Below, in pieces: positions 32,742 to 44,499 of a DNA stretch of 64,000 nt (position 1 is its first letter; each line of letters begins with the position of its first letter). The DNA lies in the NCBI GenBank assembly GCA_964016885.1, contig OZ024742.1:109120001-109184000 (forward strand), read 5' to 3'. The position numbers and the translations under genes are program-made. The notes under the pieces are model-generated. The model ran no database searches. It saw only the letters and a program-made list of their open reading frames with translations, and was not told the DNA's origin. The stretch is from Eledone cirrhosa (taxonomy: Eukaryota).

Positions 32742-34838
32742 ATGGCTACGAAAAAGAAATTTCATACGTCACTCCCACTCATTCCGTCTTCTTCTTCCTC
32801 AATCATCACTACAGCAGAGAGAAGATTGTCTCTCTCCCTCCCTTCTTTAAATGTGTCTCTCTCCCTCCCTTCTCTTTCGCAAGTGACGAAAGAAAAGAAA
32901 AGTCTCGTGCAAAGCGTGCAAGGTTTCTCCACGACGACGACGACAGCGACGAAACAGGTGTGCGGGAAATACGAAAACCCAGTTCATTCGTCTGACGTCA
33001 GGAATAATAGCAGTAGCAGCCGTAATAACAACAGCAACAGTGACAATGAAAACAACAGTAGCAGCCCCAACAGCATCACCAGCAGCATAAACAACAACAG
33101 CATTAGCAGCAGCAACACCAACAACAACCACAGCAACAGCGGCGGAGGCAGTAGTCGTAGTACCTGCAGTAACAACAAAAGTACCAGCAGCTCTGACGAC
33201 AACAACAACAGCAGAGAAAAACCAATCTCATTTGCAGGTATTGCGAAAAACTTGGAAACAATCCTCATAACAAATGAGGAATTAGAGGAAGCGAAGAAGA
33301 TGGTGACAAAGAACGGACACCGAGCAATCTGCAAGGCAGCGAAAAATTTTTTCGAAACCCAAGAGCACTGTACGGTCACGTACCGTACAGTAAGTACAAA
33401 ATCCCGTAGGGTGGAAAGAGCCACAGAGGCCCAAATACAAAAAGCCTTGGGGTCTGTGTGGCAGAGGAAAACGCACATCACCCGAGGCAAAAAATACGCC
33501 ACCGTAGACGTACTTTTTGCCACACCCCAGGAGGCAAAGGCCCAATCAGTAGTGACCCTAAGGAGCGAGGAAATGGTGTTGGTGCCCTCCTACTGCGGGC
33601 AAAAAATTGTGAGGGTCAAACTGACCCACGTCCCCCCCGGAATGACCCCTTCTTGGCTGGCCGCGTCTGTCCTCGTCGGAATCGAGGACAAAACAACTGT
33701 ACTGCAAGTACAGAAAAAAGTAAGAGAAGATTGGGTCGGCTCCTTCATTGAGATGCTAATCCAAACCAACCAGGAGTGCATCGAAGCTATCCCGGATGTG
33801 ATAGACTTCGATAACGGCACTCAACTGCCCATAAGTGTTGAGGGCAAACGCCCGAAATGCTTTCGCTGTGGATCGAAGACTCACCTCAGGGCCTTCTGCA
33901 ACGAGAAGACCCTGAGAAAGGAGAAAACCCCCCTCCTTCCGAATCCGGCTCCACGGCTACCAGCAACAGGACAAGCGGCAACCAGGAACGATAGGCCCGT
34001 GGCACCCATACCCACTCCACGGAAATCAAAAACAGCAGCAGCAGTGGAAATACTAACAACAACAACAGCAATACCAAATGCAGCTGCAACAGAGACTCCA
34101 GTGCAAACATCACCAACAACAACAAGTGAAAGAGTGGAGTTGGTACCCCTCCCCGACCTCACAGAATCAGACATGGAGTGTGAGGTGGGAGAGAGATGGC
34201 AAAAGGTCGTAAGAAGGCACAAACGCAGAAGCAGCGCATCGTCGCCTTTGAAAAGGGAGGAAAGAAATGAGAAAAGGGTAAAGTCTACTGCAAAGAGACC
34301 CACAGCAGCAACAACACCAACACCATCACCACCCACACCAGCACCACCATCACCACCGGCGACAACCCCACCGCCAACAACACCTTCAACACCACCACCA
34401 CAAGCACCAACATCGCAAACACAACAACAAAACACACACACCCAGCAACAACGACAAGAAAATAGCAGAACCACACCCCACCCCCAGAAAAACAAATGCA
34501 CGGCAATAAATACACACAACAAGAAACTAATGACTTACATAATTGAACACACAGACATTTCACAACAGGACTACATAATACCAGCACCAATCAAAACGCC
34601 AACTAACATAAGACTGCTAAAAATAGCACAGAAACAATACACAAACATTAAAACGAAATTCCCCAACGCAGTTGGTGATTTCAGGGACCTAGGAGGAACC
34701 ATCAATCGAAGAGTATACTCAGACATTCTCTTAGAAGAGCCGACGACCAGCCGAAGGGACGATTCAACGGTCCCTTCACCAGACGATCAAGTGAAAAGGG
34801 ATGTAAAAACCATCCCTCCTCTACCAAAAGTACGGTAA
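32742..34838 (+). CDS. Tx1 ORF1, 698 aa
   Basis: Two amino-acid differences from copy 1. Confidence 0.88.
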   Translation: MATKKKFHTSLPLIPSSSSSIITTAERRLSLSLPSLNVSLSLPSLSQVTKEKKSLVQSVQGFSTTTTTATKQVCGKYENPVHSSDVRNNSSSSRNNNSNSDNENNSSSPNSITSSINNNSISSSNTNNNHSNSGGGSSRSTCSNNKSTSSSDDNNNSREKPISFAGIAKNLETILITNEELEEAKKMVTKNGHRAICKAAKNFFETQEHCTVTYRTVSTKSRRVERATEAQIQKALGSVWQRKTHITRGKKYATVDVLFATPQEAKAQSVVTLRSEEMVLVPSYCGQKIVRVKLTHVPPGMTPSWLAASVLVGIEDKTTVLQVQKKVREDWVGSFIEMLIQTNQECIEAIPDVIDFDNGTQLPISVEGKRPKCFRCGSKTHLRAFCNEKTLRKEKTPLLPNPAPRLPATGQAATRNDRPVAPIPTPRKSKTAAAVEILTTTTAIPNAAATETPVQTSPTTTSERVELVPLPDLTESDMECEVGERWQKVVRRHKRRSSASSPLKREERNEKRVKSTAKRPTAATTPTPSPPTPAPPSPPATTPPPTTPSTPPPQAPTSQTQQQNTHTQQQRQENSRTTPHPQKNKCTAINTHNKKLMTYIIEHTDISQQDYIIPAPIKTPTNIRLLKIAQKQYTNIKTKFPNAVGDFRDLGGTINRRVYSDILLEEPTTSRRDDSTVPSPDDQVKRDVKTIPPLPKVR

Positions 34839-34873
34839 GTGGTCTTTCCCATCTTTTCCACTCTATTTTAAAC

Positions 34874-37800
34874 ATGACCTCACTCAGAATAGGCAGCATA
34901 AATGCGCGTGGCTTGGCGTCGTCATGGAAGCAGGGTCACCTGCTCAACGACCTCAGGTCACTAAACATAGATGTAGTGGCCATCAGCGAGACCAGAATCT
35001 CCGAAGCACGGGCCTTCGTACCGATCTTCGGCGGCTACGATGTGTACGCATCTCCCAGCCGTCCTGGATCGGGTGGAGGAGTTGCTGTGCTTTTTCGGAG
35101 AGGTTTGGATCTCGCCATACGGGCCATCTTCCTGGACCCAGAGGGTAAGCTGGTGGTGCTGGACGTGACCAGCGGAGACGGGCAAGCTTTCAGGCTAGTG
35201 GCCGTCTATGCCCCGACAGGAGCAGGGCGGCCTGATTTCTTCCGGCGTCTGGAGACCTTTCTTGGAACGTCCCGCTCTTTAGTGTTAGTGGGCGACTGGA
35301 ACGGGATCTTAGATGCACGCTGGGACTGTGTGGGATTAGCGGATAGGGGTGGAGGGTGCAAGAGCCTCACCAACCTGCTCAGGCGTTTTGAACTGTCTGA
35401 CAGGTACCGATTGGATTTCCCGAATGTGCCAATGTGGACTTGGACAAACCGCATAGGGTCATCCAGATCATATCTAGATAGAGTATTTTGTAAGGAAATA
35501 GATAGGTCTAGCATAGGCTGTCCACAATTCAAGATAGTCAGCTACACGGACCACAAATTCGTGATCTGTGTGCTTGACTTAGATAGGCTTCATAGACGAG
35601 GACCCGGCTACTGGAAGCTAAACGCGTCCTTACCAGCGCGCAAGGCCTACAGAGACCGGATTAGCGAACTAGTTAAGCGGGCGTTGACGGGGGCCATCGT
35701 CAACAACAAGTGGTGGTTTGCTCTGAAAAGAGCGATTAGAATAGAATCGATTAGGTTTAGTAAGGCTTTAGCAATAGAGAAAAATAGAGCAGAGGGAGAA
35801 CTAGTTAGAAAATTAGACGAGGCGCTTAGCAAAGGCATTGCGACCGACGTGCTTGCGGCGAAATTGGCCCTTGACCAATTCTTCAATGCAAAGCACGAAG
35901 GCTGCGTTGTCAGAGCTAGGGTGCGTGCTCTCAGACACGAGGGGACGAAAGCCGTTCAATGGGCCCGAGTGGCGGAGGCGCGTCGTGGCAACAAAGCCAC
36001 GATCCGGTCTTTGGTGGACCACGACGGGCGCATGCTACTCGATCCAGGGCAAATGTGTGAAGCTTTTCAGGGACACTTCGCTCAGCTGTTCGGGGGCAGC
36101 GGGGGGCCGGGTAGAGGGATGGACTTTAGTGTCTACCTCGACGGACTGCCGCGGCTCTCGGCCACTGAGGCGAGGTGTTGCGAAAAGCCGATAACAGCCG
36201 CTGAAGTACGGGAGGCAATGACTGGCTGCACAAGGGGTAAATCGCCTGGTTTGGATGGTCTGCCCTATGAACTTTACGTACAGATGCCAGACTTGTTCGG
36301 AGGCCTCTTGGCGGACGTCTACTGCAACTGGCAACAGAACGGGAGAATTCCCAGTTCTGTGAGCCGAGGAGCGGTGGCACTGCCTAGAAAGGATCCGAAC
36401 AAGGGGGATAACATAGACAATTTCCGGCCCATAACTCTGCTAAACACAGAGTTTAAGATTTTGGCCAAGGTGCTAGCAAAGAGGTTGGCGCTTGTCGTTG
36501 GTGGTCTGGTGGGAGAGGCGCAGACATGCGCCATTCCCGACAGATCCATCCACGACAACCTCCACCTCATGCGATACATCGTAGAGAGGGTAGCTAGGGA
36601 ACCTGGCACGGGTGGGTCCTTGATCAATTTAGATCAGTCGAAAGCTTTCGATAGGGTCGACCATCGTTACCTAGCGGCAGTCCTGAGGGCGGCTGGCTTT
36701 GGGCCCGTCTTCAGAGGCTGGATCGCTGCCATGCACAGCGACATCTGCTCTGTGGTGAGAGTGAACGGTCACCTGTCGGAACCGTTCAACATCATGCGCT
36801 CGGTCCGCCAAGGATGTCCCCTCTCGTCCCTCTTGTACGTATTGACTCTCGAGCCATTACTGCACAAACTGGAGACGTTGAGGGGAGTCCCGCGCGAACT
36901 AGGATGCGGAAGATCCGTGTCAGCATATGCGGACGATGTCACCGTAGTGGTGTCGAACGCCAAACACATCGAGGCGATCGGCACTACACTAAGAGAATAC
37001 GAAGCGGTGACAGGAGCAATGATCAACCAGGAAAAGTCAGTGGGCCTGCAGCTCGGCACCTGGAGAGGCAGGTCCATGCCGTCCAACAGCGTCGTCGGGC
37101 GCTGGACGGACGGACCGGTTAAATTGCTAGGGGTCTGGTTCGGTCCGGACCTCCAGACGGACAAAAACTGGGACGAGGTGACGAGCAGGGTGGCTTCTCT
37201 CACCCAGAAATGGGCGGAGAGGAAGCTATCCCTGAAAGGTCGAGCGGAGGTGGCTAACGCGTACATCGCGTCTGTCATCTGCTACCGCCTAACCGTCGTA
37301 TTTTGTCCTAAGCCTCGCCTGACTGCGCTGGAGCGTTTGCTCTTTCGCTTTTTGTGGAAGGGACGTGCTCCGATGGTCAGGCGGTCCATCTGTTGTCAAG
37401 ACCCGCTACGTGGAGGGCTGGGCATGCCGTGGCTGATGATGCGCAGGCACGCGCTCAGGCTACGACATCTCCACCTCTTCCTCGACGGTGATCAGGTGTG
37501 GTCGCCGTTTGCTAGGCGCGTTTTTCCCCAGCTCGTTTCCTTGACGGAGCTGCAGTCCTGGGTCAAGCGAAGACCGAGAGGGAGCGCCTGGAGACTGGAA
37601 TGTCTTCAGGCGCTCACAGCCCTCGACCAATCGGGCAATGTGATCGGTGGAAACTCCACCTCGGCGTTCTATAGAGGATTAGTGGAGGGGAAGAGCGACG
37701 ACGTACTTGGGGAAACTCTAGGCGTCGACGAAAATCAACTAGCCAATCTCTTCGGAAGAACTTTCGGGCCAGGGCCTATGGACAACTTCCAGAAATCTCT

Positions 37801-38293
37801 GGCCTGGCAGTGCTACCGAGGAGCCTTGCCAGTTCGGGATAAACTCTACAGGCATGGAGGTGCCGTCAGCCGGGCATGTCCGAGATGCGCGCAGGGCGAC
37901 GAAACCGTCCTGCACGCACTCGTCCAGTGTCCGAAAATTGCTGACTTGTGGGTTTATGTCGAACACCTGCTGTCGCGTTTAGGACGGATCCGGCTATCAT
38001 CTGAGTCCATCGTGAGGATTGCCCCGCCCTCCTCCTTTAGCCGGGAAGGGCAGGCAGTTTTTATCTGTCTGGTGGCCATGGCGAAAGAGATAGTATGGTG
38101 GACACGTTTGAAAGGGCTGAAGACGAGCACTTACCTCTTCGGTGATGCTCTGATTGACTTTTTCAAATTTCATTTGAAAAGGAAAATCAGAGTAGAGAAG
38201 GAAGTGCTCTCTTCCCAGCATTTTGTTGAAAGATGGGTGAGAGAAGCAAGAATGGCCCGAGTGAATGGGCCGACTCTGAGTATATATCTGTAA
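34874..38293 (+). CDS. Tx1 ORF2 (APE + RT + zinc finger), 1139 aa
   Basis: About 10 amino-acid differences from copy 1; all catalytic motifs intact. Confidence 0.96.
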   Translation: MTSLRIGSINARGLASSWKQGHLLNDLRSLNIDVVAISETRISEARAFVPIFGGYDVYASPSRPGSGGGVAVLFRRGLDLAIRAIFLDPEGKLVVLDVTSGDGQAFRLVAVYAPTGAGRPDFFRRLETFLGTSRSLVLVGDWNGILDARWDCVGLADRGGGCKSLTNLLRRFELSDRYRLDFPNVPMWTWTNRIGSSRSYLDRVFCKEIDRSSIGCPQFKIVSYTDHKFVICVLDLDRLHRRGPGYWKLNASLPARKAYRDRISELVKRALTGAIVNNKWWFALKRAIRIESIRFSKALAIEKNRAEGELVRKLDEALSKGIATDVLAAKLALDQFFNAKHEGCVVRARVRALRHEGTKAVQWARVAEARRGNKATIRSLVDHDGRMLLDPGQMCEAFQGHFAQLFGGSGGPGRGMDFSVYLDGLPRLSATEARCCEKPITAAEVREAMTGCTRGKSPGLDGLPYELYVQMPDLFGGLLADVYCNWQQNGRIPSSVSRGAVALPRKDPNKGDNIDNFRPITLLNTEFKILAKVLAKRLALVVGGLVGEAQTCAIPDRSIHDNLHLMRYIVERVAREPGTGGSLINLDQSKAFDRVDHRYLAAVLRAAGFGPVFRGWIAAMHSDICSVVRVNGHLSEPFNIMRSVRQGCPLSSLLYVLTLEPLLHKLETLRGVPRELGCGRSVSAYADDVTVVVSNAKHIEAIGTTLREYEAVTGAMINQEKSVGLQLGTWRGRSMPSNSVVGRWTDGPVKLLGVWFGPDLQTDKNWDEVTSRVASLTQKWAERKLSLKGRAEVANAYIASVICYRLTVVFCPKPRLTALERLLFRFLWKGRAPMVRRSICCQDPLRGGLGMPWLMMRRHALRLRHLHLFLDGDQVWSPFARRVFPQLVSLTELQSWVKRRPRGSAWRLECLQALTALDQSGNVIGGNSTSAFYRGLVEGKSDDVLGETLGVDENQLANLFGRTFGPGPMDNFQKSLAWQCYRGALPVRDKLYRHGGAVSRACPRCAQGDETVLHALVQCPKIADLWVYVEHLLSRLGRIRLSSESIVRIAPPSSFSREGQAVFICLVAMAKEIVWWTRLKGLKTSTYLFGDALIDFFKFHLKRKIRVEKEVLSSQHFVERWVREARMARVNGPTLSIYL

Positions 38294-38915
38294 ACTAAAG
38301 GTGGAAAACTGGGAGAGGGCACTTGCCTTGGTGGTCAGGGTCATTGTGGCTTTTTACTGGGCTTTCTCCACAAATGTCCCTCCGAAGTTTCCCCCCTATT
38401 GGGGAATTTTTCATTGTTATTTTCATTGTTATTTTTGTTACATCCTCTGTTTTTGTTTTTTTACATGCAGAAATGCCCATTTGTACCGTCCTGCATTGTC
38501 CTGCACTGTCCTTAATGTCTACTTTATGTAAACCCTTGTGGTTAATAAAGAAATCATTATTATTTTTATCATTATTATTATTATTGTGTCACTACTCCAA
38601 CAGTCGCTGTTCCATTATATCGAAGGAGTGTTCTGGAGAATGTTGAACAAAACTCAACAGTTCAAACGAAACAACATCATTAGAACAAATACAACCACTA
38701 GTATTATCACATCCATCATCACTAACGACATCACCATTATAAACACCACCACCATCTCTCTCATCTCATACACACCAACGACTGCAACATTCATATCTTT
38801 TAAGCTTAATTACATAAGTTTGATATGTATGATGTAGATGATCTTTCTTTCTCTCTCCTTCACTTGCTCACTCTCTCTCTCTCCTATCTCTCTCTCTTTC
38901 TCTATCTCTATCTCT

Positions 38916-38986
<71 letters not shown>

Positions 38987-39232
38987 TACATACATTCATA
39001 CATACACACAAACACACGCACACATGTACACACACACATGTTTTTAAAATGTAAATAACTGCAAAAAAAAAGAAATACCTGTAGATAACATAAACTCTTG
39101 GAATGGCGAGGTTATAGAAGGAGATGAGGTGAGAGAAAAACTTGAGAGAAATGAAATGTATTTATTTCTTGGGTTTTGGATTGGTTTTTCCATTTGTTTA
39201 CAACTAAATCTATATACAGCTTTGGTGAATAC

Positions 39233-39470
39233 TTGTGGCTAAGTAGTTATGTTGTTCAGCTCACGATAAGAAGGTGATACGTTCGTTGTGTCTTTGAGCA
39301 AATCTTTTTATGTATTTCAAGTTGCTTCAGTCCACTCGGCTGGAAAAAAATGTTGTAGTTGTAATTCAAAGGACAAGTTTTGTCATACTACACTGTTTCA
39401 CTCTGAATCTCCCTGAGAACTACGTTATGGGTGCATGTTAATTTCATACACAGGCTGTTCTCCGCGAGAA
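39233..39470 (+). mobile_element. CORE-SINE-like element, decayed
   Basis: tgtgtctttgagcaa..ttgcttcagtccactcggctg (CORE-like) plus body shared with 7019-7275. Confidence 0.55.
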
Positions 39471-40599
39471 AGCTGTTCATTTGAATCACAGGTACAACTC
39501 AACGTGAAATAATATATCTTGTGCAACACACATCCCGGTTCCGGAATCGAACTCGTAATCGTGAGCTGAACACGCTACTCTAAGCTACGCACTTTCACAG
39601 TTCACTATCGTTGTGTCATAATTACAAGCAATATTGCGAGTGATTAACGAGATCTTATTGTAATGTTCTAGAATTGATATCCGATGTCATTCTTCATTCG
39701 TTCTCCGTGGAAATAAGACAGCGAATATTATCTAACACGTCTTTAATTTATGAAAAACATGACTGATATTTTCTTTCTGAATTGAATTCTGTCATGGCGG
39801 CGAATTGGCAGAATTGTCAGAACATCAGATAGTATTCTTTGCGGTATTCGTTCCGGCTCTTTACACTCTGTAGTCGATTCTTTTCTCTATATGTTTCCCT
39901 TATACACATGCACACGGTCTTTCTCTCCCTCCCTTTATTTCTCTCCTTCCCTCCATCTCTATTCCTCCTCCCTCTATCTCTCTCCCCTCCCCCTCTCTCT
40001 TTTCTGGAAGAAATATGCCATCTTGAAAGAGGGACGGGCTCCGCCAGGTTTAATTGTGAAAGACACGCGTATGTTGGGACGTGACCCTACGACTACATCA
40101 GGAGTTAAGTACCGATGGGTATCATAAAATTCAGTAAATTAGGTACTCTTCTTCTATGATGTTATAACACTCAGCTTGTCGCAAGTGATCTATGTCTCTG
40201 TAGTGTGAGAATGTATATAACAGGTCTTATAAAATTCGTGATGAAAATTATTTGATATTTATTTTTCTGCATCAAGTCTTCCTTTACACAGACCCAGGTC
40301 TAAAATATGTTGTTAGAGAAATTTAGAAACAGATATTTCCAGCACTAGAATCTCGCCTTTAAGATATGTTATATGAGAGCAAATTGAATGAAAATCAGAC
40401 ATGAAACGATGCCGAAATAAATGAATTTGTCAAAGAAGTTGAATATTTCTATTTTGAGAATAGTTAAAGATGAAAGGGAGAAAGTTTGAATAATTTTATA
40501 TAGTTTTCTACTTTCAGAGCCGGATCTTATTTGGGAGTCAGCAAGGCTGTTCTACAAGACTGTAATTTAGTTTAGTATGAGAAATACAGAATCACAAAC

Positions 40600-40890
40600 A
40601 GCATTACACAAAGAGGACAGCCCAATAAAGAAGATAAAAACAAGACTCGATATGGCCTCTTCTGCCATGACGAAGCTACACTTCATACCGAAAAGCAGTT
40701 TCATCAGTTTTCTAACGAAGCTCAAACTGTACAGTCCCTGGTGACTTTGGTCCTTTTGTACTGGTACGAGAAATGGACGCTTACATCTGGCGTGGGACGA
40801 AAATCCAGGTGTTGGAGCAGACAAATGTCTTCAGAAGGCTGCTACGCATTTCATACTCAAAGCACAAGACAGACAACTTTGTCAGACAAG
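40600..40890 (+). mobile_element. RTE-like LINE internal remnant
   Basis: IKTRLDMASSAMTKL..SFLTKLKLY and FRRLLRISY..HKTDNFVR. Confidence 0.65.
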
Positions 40891-40928
40891 GCAACAAGTA
40901 TCTATATCTAGCTATCTATTTATTTATC

Positions 40929-40982
<54 letters not shown>

Positions 40983-40996
40983 ATGTGTGTGTGTGT

Positions 40997-41730
40997 GTTA
41001 GTTAGTTAGGTCCTTCCATTCCAATTGGACATTGGGCAGCAACAAAAGGTCTCCATCCTTTGCGGTCTTCTGCAAGAGATTTGGCATCCTCCCAGCTCTG
41101 CTCTTCCGTATCTAGATCCCTCAGGATTTTCCTCTTCTATGTTGTTAATAGGCGTCACGCTTCCCTTTTCCACTTTCTGGCTTCCAATCAAGGGAGAGCC
41201 TTGCGTGTCTTGTTGAAGGCATTCTGAAGACGTCCAAGAAATCTCAGGCGACGATCTTTCACTGTGATGCTTAGTGGTTTCTGCTTGGTTCTCCCATAGA
41301 CTTCTTTATTGGTTATTTTGTTTTGCCAAGAGATGTTAAGAATTTTCGGAGGCACCTCTGGTGGAATACATCTAGCTTGTGGGCAAGTCCTGCTGTCATC
41401 TTCCACGTTTCACTGGCATAGGTGGCAACTAGGATGACCAGAGAATTGTACAAAGCTATCTTGCTTTTTAGTCATCTGATTAAATTGACAGATGTTTCTA
41501 AGCTTCTCAAAAAGAGAGCCTGTTATTCCAATTCTGCTCAGCACGTCTTGCTCCGTGTCATCCCTTTTGGAAATGTTGCCACCCAGGTAGGTGAACCTTT
41601 CAGCCTCCTCCACACATGTGTTATTTACTTCTATGTTCATAGGGCTTTCTTCCTTCACTGACATGACCTTCGTCTTTTCTTAGCTGATTCTTAGCTCAAA
41701 GTTAACAGTATTACTTATCAAGTTGTCTTT
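40997..41730 (-). mobile_element. RTE-like LINE 3' fragment with (CTAA)n tail
   Basis: EEAERFTYLGGNIS..DVLSRIG and KILNISWQNKITNKEVY..RRLRFLG; tail gttagttagttag at 40997. Confidence 0.8.
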
Positions 41731-41750
41731 CAACATCTGCAGTTACAGTT

Positions 41751-42520
41751 CGGAGCAATATATTTGTTCCCACACTAAGCTGTTTACCCTCTGTCCAACG
41801 TGTAATGCCCACCCTGACTTGCGGATTCGTATTTACAACATGCAATTTCTGTAAATTCATTGAGAGAGAGTGGATGTAAGCTAACCGTATAACTTATAAA
41901 TAATTATTATTGTTCTCCCAGGTGACTAACATGCCTTTAATCATAAGTTGAACACTATTTCTTTTATGTTAGTTCGATTTGTACATATTTTTGCCTTTAT
42001 ACCTTTGTTATATGCATAACTAGTCAGGTTGAGAGCTTCGGCTCATATTCAACTTTTTGGATTTTTCCGCCAGTAGTGTGCTTATCCCTAATGGCTGAAT
42101 TCTATTTACCTCCTCTTTAGAAGGTCAGGTGATTCTGCCTAAGGTTTTGAAACTTCCGCCACTACCACTATGATGGTTCACGTTGACTCTGGGTGTCTCT
42201 CACAGGAATGCTTCCGTAAGTTTTAGGACTGAATTCAGCCGACGATTTATCTCGTTATTCTTGGTCATCTGGTCTATCTAATCTTTCGAAAACAACGTAG
42301 ACTTCTATGTGCAGTGGCTGCAATAGCATCGGCTCATATAGGACACAGTAATGGAACGTAGTTAGGAGCAGTATATTTGTTCCCACATTAAGCTGTGTAT
42401 TCACTGTTTAACATATAGTGTACATTCAGACTTGCGGATTCGTATTTACAACATGCGATTCCTGTAAATTCATTGAGTGGATGGCGGCTGGGCTATATAT
42501 AATTTAAACGTATAATTTAT
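41751..42520. repeat. Imperfect about 140-bp direct repeat (41751-41897 and 42365-42520)
   Basis: Shared ggagca.tatatttgttcccaca.taagctgt and gacttgcggattcgtatttacaacatgc.att.ctgtaaattcattgag. Confidence 0.85.
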
Positions 42521-42624
42521 ACTTAATTATATATATATATATTTATTGCATCCAATCTGATATATATATGTATGTATGTATATATATAGGTGTATATGTG
42601 TATATACATATATATATATATGTA

Positions 42625-42696
<72 letters not shown>

Positions 42697-43207
42697 TAAA
42701 AGGAATTCCAACTTTGTCTGATTTACTCGTTTTATTTACAATCCTTTAACATTTATAATGGTATTAGAATGAAATAGTATGGTAGAATATTAAATGTTAA
42801 GTGTTAATTGAACAAGTACTTTCATGCTTTCGCAATCTTCAGGTTCAAATTCTGTGGTGACAGTCAAGTTTGCAATTTTCAACTGTAATGAGATGGGTAA
42901 ATTTTGTGAAAAGTGGCTACAAAATGCTAAATCTTGCAAACTGTATTTCGACCAATCGGTGTGTAGTTTCACTGGATTACTAAAGCTGATTGATTTAGGC
43001 GTCACGGTTGGTTGAGCATGTCTAACGACTACTGTTTGACCCTATCCAAAGCATCAATTGTTTTGCTATTTTTAGAAATGATGAAAATAGCATTTTCTAG
43101 TAATCATCACCATCAACATCACTTTTATTATTATTATTATTGTTGTTGTTGTTGGTGGTGGTGGTGGTGGTCGTAGTCATAGTCATATTAGGATTAATAC
43201 CCCATTA

Positions 43208-44119
43208 TTATTGTTCATTTAGCTTGGGTTGGAATGTATCAATAACATTCTTTTCTTTGATTTTTCTCTTGATTTCACTTGGGCTGTGTAATTTGTAGAA
43301 TGGAAATATTATAAATATTCTCTGACCACATGTTGCTAGATGGTTACTCAGAGGTATCTGACGGACATTTGGGTCTCTGATTTTCTGTCGGTGTACCCGT
43401 GCACGTTCCGATAGTGCATTTCCAGTTTGACCGACATATAGTTCTTCACAATTCGGGCATTTAATGCAGTAAATTAGATTTCTGCTTTTGCAGTTCATAT
43501 TTGCATTTGGGAATATTTTTCCAGTTTTTGTTTTCATATATTGACCGGCGTGTATGGATTGACATGTGCCACATCGGCTATCATTGCATTTAAATACAGT
43601 GAATGATTGGTTTTTGTTGTTAAGGTCAAATTTTGCTTTGGTTAGTAATTTCTTCAAATTTTTCGGCTGTCTTTTACTAAGAGTTAAAGATCGATCTGTG
43701 ATTAAGCCTTTTAATTCATTACTTTGAGCAATGATCGGTAGGTTTGCTTTGGCAGTGTTGAAGATATTCTGGTGACATGGGTTGTGTGTCATTATAAATG
43801 GTATGACCAGTTGTTGTTGGTTTCTTCTTCCTTGGGTTGTCCTAAGTTGTTGTATAGGTATTTTTATAGCCCGCTGTATGCCATTTTCTATAAGTAGAGA
43901 TGAGTATTTTTGTTTGAGCAAAAATTCTCTTAGTTTTGTTAGGCGTTTGTTCCTGGTATTCGTATCTTCTACAATGGTACAAATTCTTCTGGCTAGGCAG
44001 TATGGGATGTTGCGTTTTGTATGAGGTGGGTGGCACGACTTAAAATTCAGATATTGTTGGGTGTCTGTGTGTTTATAATATATATCCGTGGTAATGGTGG
44101 TGTCGTTTTTGATTACCAT
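43208..44119 (-). mobile_element. Penelope-like element (Neptune-like) 3' ORF fragment: RT thumb, Cys linker, GIY-YIG endonuclease
   Basis: TDIYYKHTDTQQYLNFKSCHPPHTKRNIPY, C..RCGTC, CKSRNLIYCIKCPNC..LYVGQT..R..H, E..I..PKLN. Confidence 0.9.
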
Positions 44120-44173
44120 TATATGTTAACATAATCTTCTATACACAATCATACACACCCTTGTATATTTATC

Positions 44174-44371
<198 letters not shown>

Positions 44372-44499
44372 TATATACATATACTTACATATATATATCT
44401 TCCTGTATAGTTTGGCCAACGTATATTGATGCTATTCATGTAAAAAGAATGGGATAATAAAGAATAAAGTCTACTTAATAAGAGATATCGTTGGGAGGC

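Larger units (their letters stand above)
32527..38555 (+). mobile_element. Full-length Tx1-like LINE, copy 2
   Basis: About 99.5% identical to copy 1 at offset 6315; interrupted (ATT)n tail at 38556-38585. Confidence 0.93.
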
